The notes: generated by a model not told the origin, from the letters alone. A stretch of 64,000 bases of DNA from the human T2T-CHM13v2.0 reference genome, Homo sapiens (GCF_009914755.1 NC_060933.1); one strand, 5' to 3'. Shown: positions 33,541-50,824, counted from the stretch's first letter. Numbers and translations are program-made.

Positions 33541-34244
33541 TTGAATTCTTTTTAATGTCTATGCAGCATGTTAAAGTGGGTATACTATAATTTATTCTCT
33601 ACAGTCCTTGGTTGATAGAATTGATGCCAGTCTTTAACTTTTACTTCAATAAATATCCTTGTATATATGCCAACCAGGACTTTTGTTGGACTACAATTAA
33701 CTTCAAGATGAATTGGTGAAAGAGTAAAAAAATGATTCATCTCTGTTTTTCTAAACAGTGTGCCAGTTGTCCCATTCTGACTTAGGGAATAATCTGTCTT
33801 TCTCCCGCTAATAAAATAAGACACTAATATGTAAGGCACTAATCTCTCACTTATACCACAAGGGCCTGGAGCTGTGACTTAAGTACTTGGGCCTTTCTTC
33901 TCTGTGTGGGGAGCAGCCCAGACTCCAGGCCAACCCCTAGGCTCTCTGCATCGGGTTGCTCTCCACTCCCTACAGCAGGACCAAGACCAGCCTGAGTTGA
34001 AGGAGGTACTGATGCTCAGAATTCAGGGGGGCCCTCACTTGGGTGATGCTGGGTGCCAGTCCCTCCTTAAATTTTGCAACCTAGGTACGTGACTTGCCTC
34101 ACCCAGTCCCAACCCTACCCCTAAGGTTGTGTTCTTACTGTGTGACCACAGATGGTTACTACCGTGGGTGGAGCCACGCTGGGCTAGGGGATACCCAGGG
34201 GAAGTTACTTGCTTTTAAGTTAGAGATGATCAAGTACACAGAAT

Positions 34245-34409
34245 TCCCTATAGCCCAGCACTGCAGCCACAGGCACATGCAACTATCTGAGCACAAGAAA
34301 TATGGCTAGTGCAACTAACTGCATCTTTAACAATGTCTTATTTTAATTAATTTAAATTTAAATTTAAATGCCCACATGTGGCTAGTGGCTACTGAATGGG
34401 ATGGCACAG
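34245..34409 (+). mobile_element. MER3 MITE
   Basis: attttaattaatttaaatttaaat...ccacatgtggctagtggctac. Confidence 0.8.
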
Positions 34410-35036
34410 GGGGATCCACACTGAGAACTTCAGCTTTCCTCTCTCTGGCCAAGACTTGGTCACATGGCTGTACTTGAGTAGAGAGAGCCCGGGGGTGTCG
34501 TCCCTGGCCAGACAGCCATGGACCCAGCTCCGCACTGGGGAGGGTGAGAGGCAGGCTTGGTGCCACTGAAAAGACTGAGGGGACACTGGGCCCCCCAGGG
34601 GATCAGCACTGAGGGCCACAACCTCAAACTCTAAGAGTCACCTGCATCTGGCATTATCTTTCCATATTTATGTTTATACTTGGGCCTCTTTCTGGTCTTT
34701 CCAAGTAGTCCGTCAATCTGTTTGTCCTATCAAGCTATTTGATTTTCTGTATCATTATAATGTTTTATCATCTGGTAGAGCAAATCTTCCCTGTTTTCTC
34801 TTCTTTTGCAGAACTTCCTTGGGTATTCTCACATGTTTAGTTTTTCTGCAATAAGCTAAATGTCAGTATGTAGTTCAGAAGAGAATCCTGTTGTTTTTAC
34901 ATGAATCCACATTTATTTCACGTTCATTTATAATATGGTTTGATGAGAACCCACTTGGTTACATTATGGAGGCTTTGATCCAGCAAGAAGATCTGAGATA
35001 TCTTTTATTCAAATTTTGTTTTACATCTCTTGATGA

Positions 35037-35416
<380 letters not shown>

Positions 35417-36189
35417 TAAAGATAATCCTTTCTTCCTTTTTTTTCTTCCTTCAAACTTTATATATAGAAAAGAAGTTCTGTGCAGTATGTAGTTTCTTGC
35501 CAGCAACCTTATTGTTTTTAAGGCATTTCAGTTGTATCTGGATTTCCCAAGCACATGGAGGTGCCATCTTTCAATTTTGCCTTCCTTAGTATAATTTTTC
35601 ATCTCTTCGGGTTTTCTCTTGCCTTAAATTGACATTTAATAATGGCAGAGACATAATGAAAATATGTCTGATGTTTTGATATCAAGTTTAATACTTATTT
35701 TTGGTTTAAGATATGCTTTGTATCATAATATGCACTTATTGTTATTAAGTGTTTTAAAATTTTAATCAGGAATTCTGAATTTTTAAAGTGCCATTTTAGC
35801 TGTATGCAGACAATTATGTGGTTTTTTCTTCTTTGACTTATTAATATAGTGAATTGTGTTAATAGATTCTTAATTTGAATTTTCCTTGCATTCCTGTGGG
35901 ATAAATTCTATTTGGCCATGATTTATTATTATTTTAATATGTTTTAGAATTAGATTTGCTAATATTTTATTTCGGTTATTTGCAGAGATTGTTTTTTGTA
36001 TGCTATTTCTTCTGCACTTTTTGCCCCCAGATCTTGCCATTCCCAGCAATGTGCTGTCTTTTCTGCAGACCTCTGCAGGGCGCCTCATGTCTGCAAACCT
36101 CCATGCCCATTCAGGGCTTTGTCCACCCACCTGCGTAGTTTGCAGTGTACTCGGTGGTTTTTCATAGGGTGTCACTCTTGGTTTTGCTT

Positions 36190-36520
<331 letters not shown>

Positions 36521-36574
36521 AGGTTTTACTTGTTTTTAATTTTCAAAGATGTACTTTCCTTTTTGGTGAATAGA

Positions 36575-36790
36575 ATATGGAGATGTACTAGGTTTGAATC
36601 CTTTATTTAAATGCAAACTCCTGGGCAAGTTTGTTTACCTCATCATGCCTCAGTTTCCTCATTTGTAAAATGGAGATAATGATCACACCTATCTCATAAG
36701 GCTGTTGGGGGAATAGATGGATTGTGAATATATGCAGACTTCTTAAAAGGGCATCCAGCACGCAGCAAACATTATGTAAATGCTTGGTTC
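36575..36790 (+). mobile_element. MIR
   Basis: tgcctcagtttcctcatttgtaaaatggagataat core. Confidence 0.88.
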
Positions 36791-36842
36791 ATTTGGTTAG
36801 CTTCAGAGAATCTCAGATTTAACAGGAAGAGCCCAATACTGG

Positions 36843-37474
<632 letters not shown>

Positions 37475-39252
37475 TGTTTTGATGCTTTCAAATGATCAGA
37501 GCTTGGAGCTATAGGTGCTTTGGAAGATGCCTCCACTGTGCAGGAAGAATGTTGAGGCCTGTACATGGGAAAATCTTAAATACCTTATTAATCTTAAAGC
37601 TAGCTGGCAGAATCAGAACTGATGTTTTATTTTCCTGTTGAAATTCTCTTTCTCTCCTACCACAATTTGGCTCTGGTAACTGTGCTGCGCGTGTGGAGTG
37701 GGCAGGGAATCTTGTGATTCCACCGTTGCTATGGCAAGAGCTCCTGTTTCCAAGCAAGGGTTGAATTAAACTAAATGGCAAGTTCCTGTGTCAGTAGGTT
37801 TAGTCCAGTCCTGTGTAATTCACCAAGAGCTTTGCTCCGTCAGGAGGAGGGGCCCAGTCCCACCATGAATCCTTGAACACCTGGGGGCATCTCACTGGGC
37901 AAGACGGGGGTTCAGGCCAGTCCTCCTCAGAATTGTGCCTTGCCCATTTAACGTCTCCACCGGAGACCTTCAGCCAGGAGAGCCAGGACCACATCTATTC
38001 AGAGAAACATTTTCACCATCAGAGGGCACGCAGGGAGGGGGTGGCCACACAGGGCCCATGTTTATCTCTTCCTTGAAGACTTGAGTGGCTTCTGGTCCCC
38101 AAACAAATGGAGAAGGTGAATAGGTGTCCCAAGGCTGAGGAGCACGTGCCCAGAGAAGGCGGTTTCTCCCTCCCTCAGTCCCCCATAGCCCACCTCCAGA
38201 CAGAATGCATCTGATTCCTGTTGGCGTGTCCCTAAATAGCTGACCCCAAGTTCCGTTATAATAGCACTAGAACCTTTAACACTTTTGTTAGTGTTGTTTC
38301 TGGGGCGTGCACTCATTCATTCACTCGATTGTATTACTGGGGGCTTTCTCTATGCCAGCCCTTGTGCCTGCCCTTGGGACAAACATGTTCTGACTCTGTG
38401 GATGGGTGGAGTAGATCCTAGGTGGGGACAGCTCCTAGGGCTCTCCTGTGAACCTTTCTTCGGCCTCCCACCTATAGTAGGAAACGGGCCTGAAATGGGC
38501 CATGGGGGAGTATTCACAGAGCAGAAATCAGACAACACTTCTAAGTAGCGGCTCCTCCTGCAGCTGGGTGTTAAACATGCACAGTACACCCTGCAGGTAG
38601 TCACACATGTGACGAATGACGGGCCTTTGGAGACGCCCTCAGACTGGGTGAGCCGTGCCCCTACCAGGCGACATGCTCAGCAGCAGAAGCTCCTGCCGAC
38701 CCCGGCAAAACACAGGGCGATCGGCCTGTGCTGCGACCCAGGTGTTGGGAGGTGAAGGGGGATCATGAGTATCCCTCTGAGGTGAGGCTGAGCCTCGCTT
38801 TAATGACGGACACCTTAGCTCTCCATCCCCCATGTCACCCTAAGAGTATCTGAGTTAGGAGAAGGAGGTCCGGCACTTTGACAGCACCCTGGATATTGTT
38901 TTTTAATCCTCCTGGTGAAGAGGCGCCCAAGACAGAGATGGATCTAACTCACGTGTGGCCGGGATGTGCTCACAGGCTGGTGCCATAAGCCTCAGTCTGT
39001 GTCCCACAAGAGGCCATTGTGCAGAGACTTTGCTGCCAGCACTGCAGCCTCTGTTCTGTACTGTTGAAATTAGCACCCTGTGTGGGCCTGGGTAATCTTG
39101 CTCAATCCCATTAATGTGTCCAATTAATATTGCCTGAAGGGCCGATTTACCTGTGGGCTAGGGAGTTCCCACCTGAGGGGCAATTACTAGCTTGCTATTG
39201 AACATTTATTGAAATTGTTCCTATGATTGATTGAAGGACATAAAATAGTCAA

Positions 39253-39547
39253 TTTTTTTTTTTTTGAGACAAGGTCTTGCTCTGTCACCAAGGCTGGAGT
39301 GCAGTGGTAAGATCTCAGCTCATTGCAGCCTCTACCTCCTGGGTTCAGGCAGTCCTCCTACCTCAGCCTCCCGGAGAGCTGGGACTACAGGTATGCACCA
39401 CCATGCTCAGCTAATTTTTGTATTTTTTGTAGAGAAGGCGTTTTGCCATGTTGTCCAGGTTGGTTTCGAACTCCTGGGCTCAAGTGATCCCCCTGCCTCA
39501 GCCTTCCAAAGTGCTGCGATTACACGCATGAGCCACTGTGCCTGGCC
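39253..39547 (-). mobile_element. AluJ
   Basis: Antisense Alu. Confidence 0.92.
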
Positions 39548-39719
39548 ATACAGTAGTCTTGAAACCTGAAATACTCATACTATCTTGGGTGATATTGGAG
39601 AAATGCTCTAACAGAGATTGGTGCCCCAAAGAATTCCATAATAAAATGGACATGTTTTATATAGGATCATCACACTAGGGGATTGAAGAGAGTTACTCAT
39701 TGCACTCACGAGCAAGTGG

Positions 39720-40367
39720 TTGAATGCATGGAAATGGTAGACTGGTGGTTGCCAAGAGCAGGAGGAGGGGAAATGGGGCACGGTTTTTAGTGGGTATGAA
39801 AATGTTCTGGAGATGGGTTGCCCAACAGTGCAGATATACTTACCACTGCTGAACTGTACACTAAAATGGTTAGGATGGTGTTATGTTATGAGCATTTTGC
39901 CACAATTTTAAAAAAGATCTGTATAGACAGTTCTCCAAAGAAAATACACAAGTGGTCAAAAAGTATGTGAAGAAGTGCTAAACGTTAGTAGTTATCAAAT
40001 GAATGCAAATCAAAGGCACCGTGAGATACCACCTCCCTGCCACTAGCATGGATAGAATGAGAAAGACTGTTAATAACAAGTATTGGTGAGGATGTGGAGC
40101 CTCTGGAACATCTGTATTCCTGCTGGGATTGTAACATGGTGCAGCCTCTTTGTAAAACAGTTTAGTGGTTTCTTTAAAAAGTTAAATGTTTTCATATGGT
40201 CTAGCAATTCCACTCATATATATATACACCCAAGAGAACTGAAAACATATGCCCCAGAAAGGCATATACACAAATGTTCATAGCAGTATTATTCACCATT
40301 GTCAAACACTGGAAGCAACCCATATGTCTGTCAATTGATGAATGGATACACAAATGTGGTACCATAC
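39720..40367 (+). mobile_element. Old L1M fragments
   Basis: gaaaatgttctggagat...; atgcaaatcaaa...gtgagataccacct...; ctagcaattccactc. Confidence 0.75.
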
Positions 40368-40760
40368 TGTAAACCAAAGAGTATCCGATACAAGTCTTGA
40401 TCAATTTAGGAAGTTTATTTTGCCAAGGTTAAGGACATGCCTGTGACACAGCCTCAGGAGGTCCCGATGACATATGCCCAAGGTGGTCAGGGCACAGCTT
40501 AGTTTTATACATTTTAGGGAGACATGAGACATCAATCAATATATGTAAGATGTACATTGGTTTGGTCCAGAAAGGAGGGACAACTCGAAGCAAGGAGGGG
40601 GCTTCCAAGTCATAGGTAGATAAGAGACAAATGATTGCATTCTTTTGAGTTTCTGATTAGTTGTTCCAAAGGAAGCAATTAGATATGCATTTATGTCAGT
40701 GTGCAGAGAGATGATGTTGAGCTCTGTCTGTCCTTTGTCCACAGGAATTTCAGTAAGAAA
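40368..40760 (-). mobile_element. MER4A-type LTR fragment
   Basis: gtttattttgccaaggttaaggacatgcctgtgacacagcctcaggaggtcc. Confidence 0.8.
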
Positions 40761-41095
40761 TAGGGCAGTGGAGATTTTGAGGTGGGGACTTCCTTATACA
40801 GCATATTTGGGGCTGGATCCTTAGGAAGAGGATTTTTAGCTGATCTGAATAGAGGGAAGGAGCCAGCTTGTTGGGGAGAGGAATGTTTTCCAGACTCGAA
40901 TGGATTTTTGCGAAGACTGGAAACTTGCAGACGGCCAGGGGCGGGGGATCCTGGCAGGGGCCAGGTGGTCTGAGCACATGTGTTTGCAGATGTAGGGCCT
41001 GTCCCCACCATCCTGGGGGCATAACTCTAAGGACATTGCTGTTTTTCCAAAGGGCACACGTTGCATAACTTACTTTAAATAATTTCTTTTTGTAG

Positions 41096-42009
41096 GACTC
41101 TTTGATTTTGCAACTGCATTTTTAAGCTTAAGAGGAGGTCATTAAAAGATCTGGCACTAAGCTCACCCTCCCCTTCTTATTCCTTTGAAGCCATTGCTGT
41201 GAATTACGTGAGGGAAAGATATTGAAGAGGAGTTGGACACTCCGAGAGTGCAGCTGTTCTCCCCCCGCACCATCCGTGTCCTGCATTCTGCGAGTCTGTG
41301 CTCATTAACAATGTGCTGTGACCATGTGACTCAGCAATCCTGCTGCTGGGTATATACCCGAAAGAAAGGAAAAGGAAGCCAGTATATTGAAGAGGTATCT
41401 GCACCCCCATGTTTATTGCAGCACTGTTCACAACAGCCAAGATTTGGAAGCAACCTAAGTGTCCATCAACAGATGAGTGGATAAAGAAAACGTGGTACAT
41501 ATACACAATGGAGTACTCTTCAGCCATTAAAAAAATGAGATTCTGTCATTTGCAATAATATAGATGGAAAAGGAGGCCCTTATGTGAAGTGAAATAAGCC
41601 AGGCACAGAAAGACAAACATCACATGTTCTCACTTATTTGTGGGATCTAATGATCAAAACAATTGAACTCTTGGACATAGAGAGTAGAAGGTTGGTTACC
41701 AGAAGCTGGAAAGGAAAGTGGGGTTGGGAGGAAGGTGGGAATGGTTAATAGGTACAAAAAAATACAAAGAATAAATAAGACCTAATATTTGATAGCACAA
41801 CAGTGTGACTACTGTCAATAATCATTTAATTGTACATTTAAAAATAACTATAATTGCATTGTTTGTAACACAAAAGATAAATGCTTGAGGGGATGAATAC
41901 TCCGATTCTTCATTATGTGATTATTATGCATTGCATGCCTGTATCAAAACATCTCATGTACCCCATAAATATACACACCTACTATGTACCCACAAAAATT
42001 AAAAATAAA
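41096..42009 (+). other. NXNL2: Probable non-coding terminal exon of the Alu-exon isoform
   Basis: Acceptor aatttctttttgtag ending 41095; runs into a sense L1 3' end with AATAAA at 41770-41775 and 42004-42009. The exon end is inferred. Confidence 0.45.
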
Positions 42010-42012
42010 AAA
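41322..42012 (+). mobile_element. L1 3' end (L1MA/L1PB-like)
   Basis: cagcaatcctgctgctgggtatatacccg...aacctaagtgtccatcaacagatg...ctactatgtacccacaaaaattaaaaataaaa. Confidence 0.9.
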
Positions 42013-42016
42013 ATTA

Positions 42017-42402
<386 letters not shown>

Positions 42403-43539
42403 CTAGACTTCTCAAGGTTTCTCGACTCCTTTTATACCTGGTTCAACAGGTGGCTGCTTCTTTCTCACGTTGGGGACTCACACTTATGTGGTGGCCCTAG
42501 ACCCCCAGCTCCCACGTGGGCCAGGTTTCCTCGTGATGTCCAAGGCCTCTTGAATTCTCCCCGTGCAGGGTGAGCAAAGACCTTGTCTGCTGAAGATAAA
42601 GTCTCCCAGGGGTGCTTGCTGAAGGAGGGAGAGAGACTTCCAGTTTGCTAGCAGGTGACAAGGGAGACATGTCTGCTCTCCTGAGGGGAGAAGGGGAAGA
42701 GGGAGAATGGCCAATGGAGGTGCGGGAGGGGCAGCTATTCCTCGGGGCCCACAAGCCTAGAAGGACAACTTGTGTCTTCTTGGCTGGGACTGCTCCCTTC
42801 TCCACCAGCCCCTCAAAGGGAAAGGGCAGAGCTTGTTTTCCTGGGACTATGGAGTAGACTACAGGCAGCCCGTAGCAGGGAGGTCGGCCCTGCTTTCCTC
42901 TGGGTTCTCTGGGACGTAAGAGCCTGAGCACCAGACACAGCCCCTGCCATGTTGCTGCCTGAGTGTCTCCATGAAGTGCTTCTTCTCGGCCATGCTTAAG
43001 GGGCTCCAACACTGTGTTCCCTGCAGCCTTATCCCCAACTGGGGTGAGCCACCACCCATAGAGTGGTAGGTAGGGGGGTCCCAGCTCCCAACTCCCAAGC
43101 CCCAGGCTACTGCTTATGGCTGCCCTCAAGGTAGAGGGTGAGGGAGGGTCCTTGCGAGGTGTCCTGGCCATGAGGAGCAGAGAGGAAGCAGGGGAGTGGG
43201 GTGACCGTGCTGAAACAGGTTGAAGCACACACAGCTGCCGTCCAGAGAGGGAGGTCTGTCAGAGCCCCAGACAAGTGAGGGTTAAAAGTGCATGTATTTC
43301 TGAGCAATTCTTAGCATTAGGAAGAGGAATTAGCTCCCTGATTCCTTTCCTGGATGCTTATTTCTACTGCTCATGGATGGGGTGTGTGTGTTTGTGACTG
43401 GGCGGGGGGGGCGGCATGAGACCATCAGGTGTTTGTGATGCACCCCCGGGCAGGGGTGAGAACAGCCCTGCACAGACAATGGACACGGTGGCCTCTGTTC
43501 CAGGTGAGCATGTCTACGGTCCTAAGAGAACTGCAGGTG

Positions 43540-43717
43540 CCAGCTCAGGCTGCCTCACATGATACCACAGGCTGGGGGCTCAAATGGCAGACATTCATTC
43601 TCTCACTGTTCTGAAGGCTGAAGATCTAGGTGCTGTCAAATCTGGTTTCTGATGAAGGCCTGCTTCCTGGCTTGTGGACACTGTGTCCTCACATGGCCTT
43701 TCCTCTGTGCTTATGTG

Positions 43718-43757
<40 letters not shown>

Positions 43758-43955
43758 AGCGAGCGAGCGCAGCACCGTGCATCTGTTCCTCTTCTTCTAA
43801 GGATGCATCGTCATATTGAATCAGGGACTTACTTATGACCTCATTTCAAAAGTGTGAGTCTCTAATCCAATATGTCCTTCCAAGTGCCATTTATAAGCCA
43901 TATCGGGATTTAGGGCATCAACATATGAACTACGGGCACATGATCCTGTCCATAA
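43540..43955 (-). mobile_element. MaLR LTR (MLT1) with internal (GA)n
   Basis: ataccacaggctgggggctcaaatggcagacattcattctctcac; (GA)n at ~43719-43765. Confidence 0.75.
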
Positions 43956-44762
43956 CAAGAATCCTGGGTGGTTGGGAGTCATCAGTGCCTAGAAACCCTG
44001 GGTCCAGCGGTGGGTCTGGCAGCAAGAGCAGTGTCCTGCTGTGGGACCCGCCCCTAGGCGCAGGCCCCTGCCGTTATATTCAGTCCTCATGGCACTCTGT
44101 GTCCAGTGTCTTCACGGTTGAAGTGGATCCATGGAGAAATTGGGAAGACTTCACGTGAAATGACTGAGAATTTGGGAAATGTCGCTATGAAAACAAGTTA
44201 AGAGTGGGGTGGTAGAGGGCACCCCTGGCAATGTCCTCAAGTATACAAAGTGCAGGCGCTGTTAATCTCCAAGAGAAAATGGAGTTCCATCACAACCAAA
44301 ATAACTGGACGCAGGATAAGAGACACCTGTCCTCAAGGCGAGGGTTCCCGGACCCCAGGTGGGCTGCGCTGGACCCCAGGTGGAGACGGGCACAGCGGCT
44401 CCCAGGGGTACAAATCTTCCTTGCCTGAAGCAGTCCCTGCCGGTCCTGGAGTGGTCCGTGACACCTGGTCAGGATCTTTGCAGTTGGACAAATGTGTGAA
44501 TTTGGATACAAGCAATGCAGAAAAACAGGTATCTACTGATCTGGCTTCTTTCTTTCATTTTAGTAATAAAATTTATTTGGTAATCAGTTACTTATCAATT
44601 ACAGGACATTTGGGAAATAAACATAATCTGCCACCCCGCCACTCAGGGTTGGCTGTTGCCGCTGGCTGTGTATTTTCTTTTCCCTCCGGTTGGATTTCAG
44701 GTTGGGAAGTCCGGTCCGGCTGGTCAGCCAGGAGCCGCCGGCCCGGCCTACCAACTGCTCCA

Positions 44763-44781
44763 CACTGCCCCCTCGTGGTCA
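44763..44781 (-). promoter_or_regulatory. CTCF-like motif TGACCACGAGGGGGCAGTG
   Basis: Close match to the CCACCAGGGGGCG core in a locally CpG-richer unique region. Confidence 0.55.
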
Positions 44782-45955
44782 TCTGCTAGGCAGCAGGCTC
44801 CGACCTCCGGAAGGCTGGGCGCTCAGCCCCATCTCCTGACTTCCTTAGGGCACAGGAACTGGTGGAGCTCAGCCTCGACTGGGGCTCAGACATTGTCCAC
44901 AGGCCTTTCTGAGCAACCTGGACTCCATACAGGGAACTGATTCACGGGGAAAGGGCTGGCCACGTTCAAGGATGCCCAGGCCATCTGGGGAGCAGTGGAT
45001 GGAGCAGGGGACCTTGAAGTTGGAGAAGTAGGCGCTGGTGGGCGGCCTACATCTTTGTCTATGTGACAGCCACTCTGCTCCCCGCCCAGGAACTTGCAAA
45101 GGATGAACTGGACATGGGGATCACAGGAAAGTCTCGATTTCTTGCTGATTAAGTGGGTGGGTTGTCAGAACACCAAAATATGGGGGCACGCTGGCCAATG
45201 TAAAACGTTTGTCCTCCCAGAGGCACACTGGTGGCCTCTCTGCCCTTTCCTCCTGTCTTCACTACCCCACTGATGCCGCCTTTCATAACCCGAGACTCTG
45301 ACACTGCAGCATGTGGTTTGGCTGATCTTGACTTTCTCAGCAGGAGATGGAACTCAGCTAAACATGGCTCTCTTGGTTGCGGGAGGCCCCTGCAATCCGG
45401 AATGCCTGAAGGACGGGGGGCTTCCTGACCTCTTCTAGTTACAGGACCCACGGGGTGGAGTCAGGTGTGGCCTGACTAGGGATTGGGTGCTGTGGCAGGA
45501 CTCATTTCTGCAGCTTCAGGGCTGGCTTCTTGCTGGGACAGACTCCCTCCTGGCAGCAGCTGGTCACAGAGGTAGCTTTGGTCCCCATTGAGCTTATTCA
45601 AGTCCAGTGGAGGTGGGGCTGGTTGTGACAGCCTCCTGATGCTTAAGCCAAACGCTCAGAATTAAGTCTACTTCCTGCTGTCACATGCCCTCTGTGGAGT
45701 GTCACCAGGGCCAAGGAGACTGAATATGCTGCTGGGTAGGCTTGGGCCACACACCTCTTTTCTAGGGCTGGAGTTAGCAGCTCCTTCCCCAGAGTCTTAT
45801 GACTGCGAGTCAAGGGAAAAATAAACTCCGCAATGAAAACCCGGGGTGAGAGAAGGGGGTGAGTGGGTTATGCAGGGTGGCCCCAAACAAATGTCCACCA
45901 TATGGCTATCTCTTAACCTTCTGAGGGCTGGTAGCCAAATGAATTAAAAAATGAT

Positions 45956-46548
<593 letters not shown>

Positions 46549-46639
46549 AAAATTGATCATTTCTTTCCCACTAAATTTAAAGAACATAGATGTCAGCCAA
46601 CAGTGGTGGGAGCTTCTCTCTTTTTTTTTCTCTTCTTGT

Positions 46640-47240
46640 TAAATTTTAAAGAGATTTTATTCTTTACTTTTTAAACTTGATTTTGAAATAAGTTGGAACT
46701 TAAAGTTGCAAAAACAGTACAAAAATTTTCTGTATGCCTTACCCCAGTTTCCCCAGTGTTTACACCTCACATAATTATGTTAAGATAGTCAATCCCAGGG
46801 ACTTAGCATTGATGCAGTACTGTTAACGAATCCACCCATGCTCTTCAGATTTCATCCATGGCCCCACTGATGTCTTTCTCTGATCCAGGACCCAGTCCAA
46901 TATCTCATGCTGTATTTAAGTCATCAAATGTCCTTGGTCTCTTTTAGTCTGGAATGGTTCCACAACTTTTCTTTGTCTCTAATGACCTTCAGACTTTTTT
47001 TAAAGAGTACTGGCCATGATTTTGTGGCACGTTCCTCCTGATTAAATGTAGCTTATGCATTATTTTTTGCAAGAATATCATAAGAGTGACGTGGTATCCT
47101 CCTCAGTGTGTGGTATCAGAGGGCACATAAGGCCAGTATGTGGCATGACTGATGATGCTAACCCGGCTCACCTGGTGAAGGTGCTGTGTGCAGCTTTCTC
47201 CTCGGGGCAGTTGCTATTTTTCCCTATGTAATTAATCTGT
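46640..47240 (-). mobile_element. Old L1M 3' fragment
   Basis: aagttgcaaaaacagtac...ttaccccagtttcccc...gcattgatgcagtac resembles L1MC. Confidence 0.65.
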
Positions 47241-47540
47241 ATCTCCATACCGGCCTTTTCATGCACTGACTCACAGTGTCTGCCAAGTTAAGTCTTTTAG
47301 CTGCTGTCCCAGCCACTGCCTTGGAAGGAGCTTCTGTCTGCAGCTACCCACTGCAAGAAATGGGCGAAGCCTATTTGGAGCTTCACTGAAACCAAGAGGA
47401 CAAAGCTGGCTGGGGGTCCACAAGGAGTTCCTCATCAATGACCTCCAACACCCAGTGTGTCCAAAGACAAAGGCAATGCTACCACTTTTGGGGGGAGTTT
47501 GGCAATAGTGAGCATGAGTAATTTTAAATGAAGCAACCAC

Positions 47541-47874
<334 letters not shown>

Positions 47875-48300
47875 TAACCCATTTATTTGTGACTGTGTTG
47901 TTTCCAGATCAGTAAGAACATATTGTGGAATGGACTTTGCTGCACATAAGTACTTGCTGATGTCTATGCTTTTCTCTACAGTTGAGAAGGTTCTGTTTTT
48001 CAAGGTGAGCCTAACCATGGGCAAGATGACCACATTTGTGGCCGGTTCTGGTGGCTGCAGCCCATGGAGAGGAGTGGTTTTGGCACATCTCCTTATGGAC
48101 TTCGGCTTCCTCTCCTGTCACCACTCCCCACCCCAGAGCTCATTCGGGGTTCTCATTCACTACTTCTGTCATTCCTCACCTGGCTTCTGGAAGAATATTT
48201 GAGTTGCAGGAGGTTTTGCTACTCTCTAGTCCTATATTTGTACAAAGAAATGGAATTTTGTTTGGGAAGGGGAGGATGTTCTTCATTAGAAAAGCAGTCT

Positions 48301-48640
<340 letters not shown>

Positions 48641-48696
48641 TTAAGCACTATTTGCTGCATAGCAAAATATCTCAAAACTTAGAGGCTTAAAACAAT

Positions 48697-49104
<408 letters not shown>

Positions 49105-49751
49105 CTAGGAGTTGGTTGGGCATTTCTTCTAGTTTGGGCCAGCTTGATGGTCTCTACTGGACAATTCCATGTGTCTGTGGCCAGTGGGCAGCCAGGCAGC
49201 TAGGACACCTTGATGCTGCTCTCTGTGGCCTCTTATCCCCTGGCAGGCCCGACTGGGCTCATTCCCATGGTGGTTTTGGGATTCTAAGCCTGTGCAGCAC
49301 TGTTCAAGTCTCTGCTTCTGCGGCATTTGTTACCGCTGCACTGCAAACGTGGATGAAAGCCCTAATGCGTGGCATGCTCGTGGAGACCCACTCAGTGTTA
49401 TCTTCTTAGTTCCTTTGGAATATCAGGGTTCACTCTTTCAGCAGGGCACAACTTCCAAGAGTGAGAGGGAATGTTCTCTGAATTCCTCCAATCCATAGCT
49501 CACTCTTCTTAGGTCGAGCAGGAATAATGGTATTTGACGCTGCATGGTAATCTGGCCCTAAAGTGGATTTCCATCACCCCGCTGGTCTCTGGTCAGCATC
49601 TGAGGGGTCTGACTGTTCACGGGTGACTCCACCCTACACAGACACCCCCGCTTTGGGGGCATGAAATCTTAGGATGGTGCTGAGATTGTGCTGCTCTGAT
49701 GCTTTGGGATGAAAGCTAGACTTTGGTCGTGGTGGTGGTGGTTTATCATTG

Positions 49752-50665
49752 CTGTGGATTGAATTGTGTCCTGCATTTACCAAATTCATATGTTGAAGCC
49801 CTCACGCCCAATGTGATTGTGTCTGGAGACAAGGTCTGTAGAATGCAATTAGGGTTAAATGTGTCACAGGGTAGCCCTAATCTGATATGACTGTGGTCTT
49901 ATAAGGAGAGGAAGAGAAAGAGCTTCTTTTCTCTCCACCATGTGAGAACACACTGAGAAGGCACTTGTCTGCAAGCCAGGAAGAGAACCCTTGCCAGGAA
50001 CCAAATCAGCTGACACCTTGATGTGGACTTCCCTACCTCTAGAACTATGAGAAAGTAATTTTCTTTTATCTGTAAGCCACTCAGTCAATGGTATTTTGTT
50101 TCAGCAGCCGGAGCCAACTAATACATGCGGCCACCTTCTCTCCATGCCTGCACTTTCTGTTCCAAGCCATCTGGTGGAAGCAATCCAATTGCCTGCAGAA
50201 TCATCCGAAAGCATCACTGGGAAGAAGCTGGTGGAACTAAGAAGCAATTCTTTAGCCTGACAGCCAGTCTGTTTTTAGTATTTCTAAACATGAAATCATC
50301 TCAGAAGAAGCCAAGGGCTGTCGAGGTGATTTGCCTGAGGTCCTACAACTCATCACTGACTGTGTTTGGAGGAAGGAAGTAATTAACTATAAATGTGATT
50401 ATAAGGGTGGGGCCTTAATCTGATAGGACCAGTGTCCTTATAAGAACAGGAAGTGTGTGCGTTCACTGAGGAAAAGCCATGCAAGAACACAAAGAGAAGG
50501 CGGCTGTCTGCAAGCCTGGAGGAGAGCTCTGCCTAGAAACTAATCCTGCCGGGCATCTTAATCTTGGAATTCCAGCCTCCAGAACAGTGAGAAATAAATG
50601 TCTGTTGTTTAAACTACTCAGCCTGTGGTATTTTGTTATGACAGCCTGAACGAAAAAATACAGTC
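49752..50665 (+). mobile_element. Two MaLR LTRs (~49752-50125 and partial ~50370-50665)
   Basis: aaattcatatgttgaagccct; ctaatctgata...cttataag; gtggtattttgtt occurs in both. Confidence 0.8.
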
Positions 50666-50824
50666 ACTTAATGTCCAGAGAGAAAAAACATGTTTGAAGC
50701 TAAGAAACCATCCACTCAGGGAGGATCAGTCATCAATCCTCCTGAGTCTGAGCCATCTGAGCTATCAGCCCAAGTTCCTAGAGGCTCTAAGGACAGGGGA
50801 GTTCACCTGTGGCTAGTCTCCTGA

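Noticed and set aside
42497-43228. 243-aa minus-strand ORF
   Set aside because: Non-ATG start, GC-rich, no homology I recognise.
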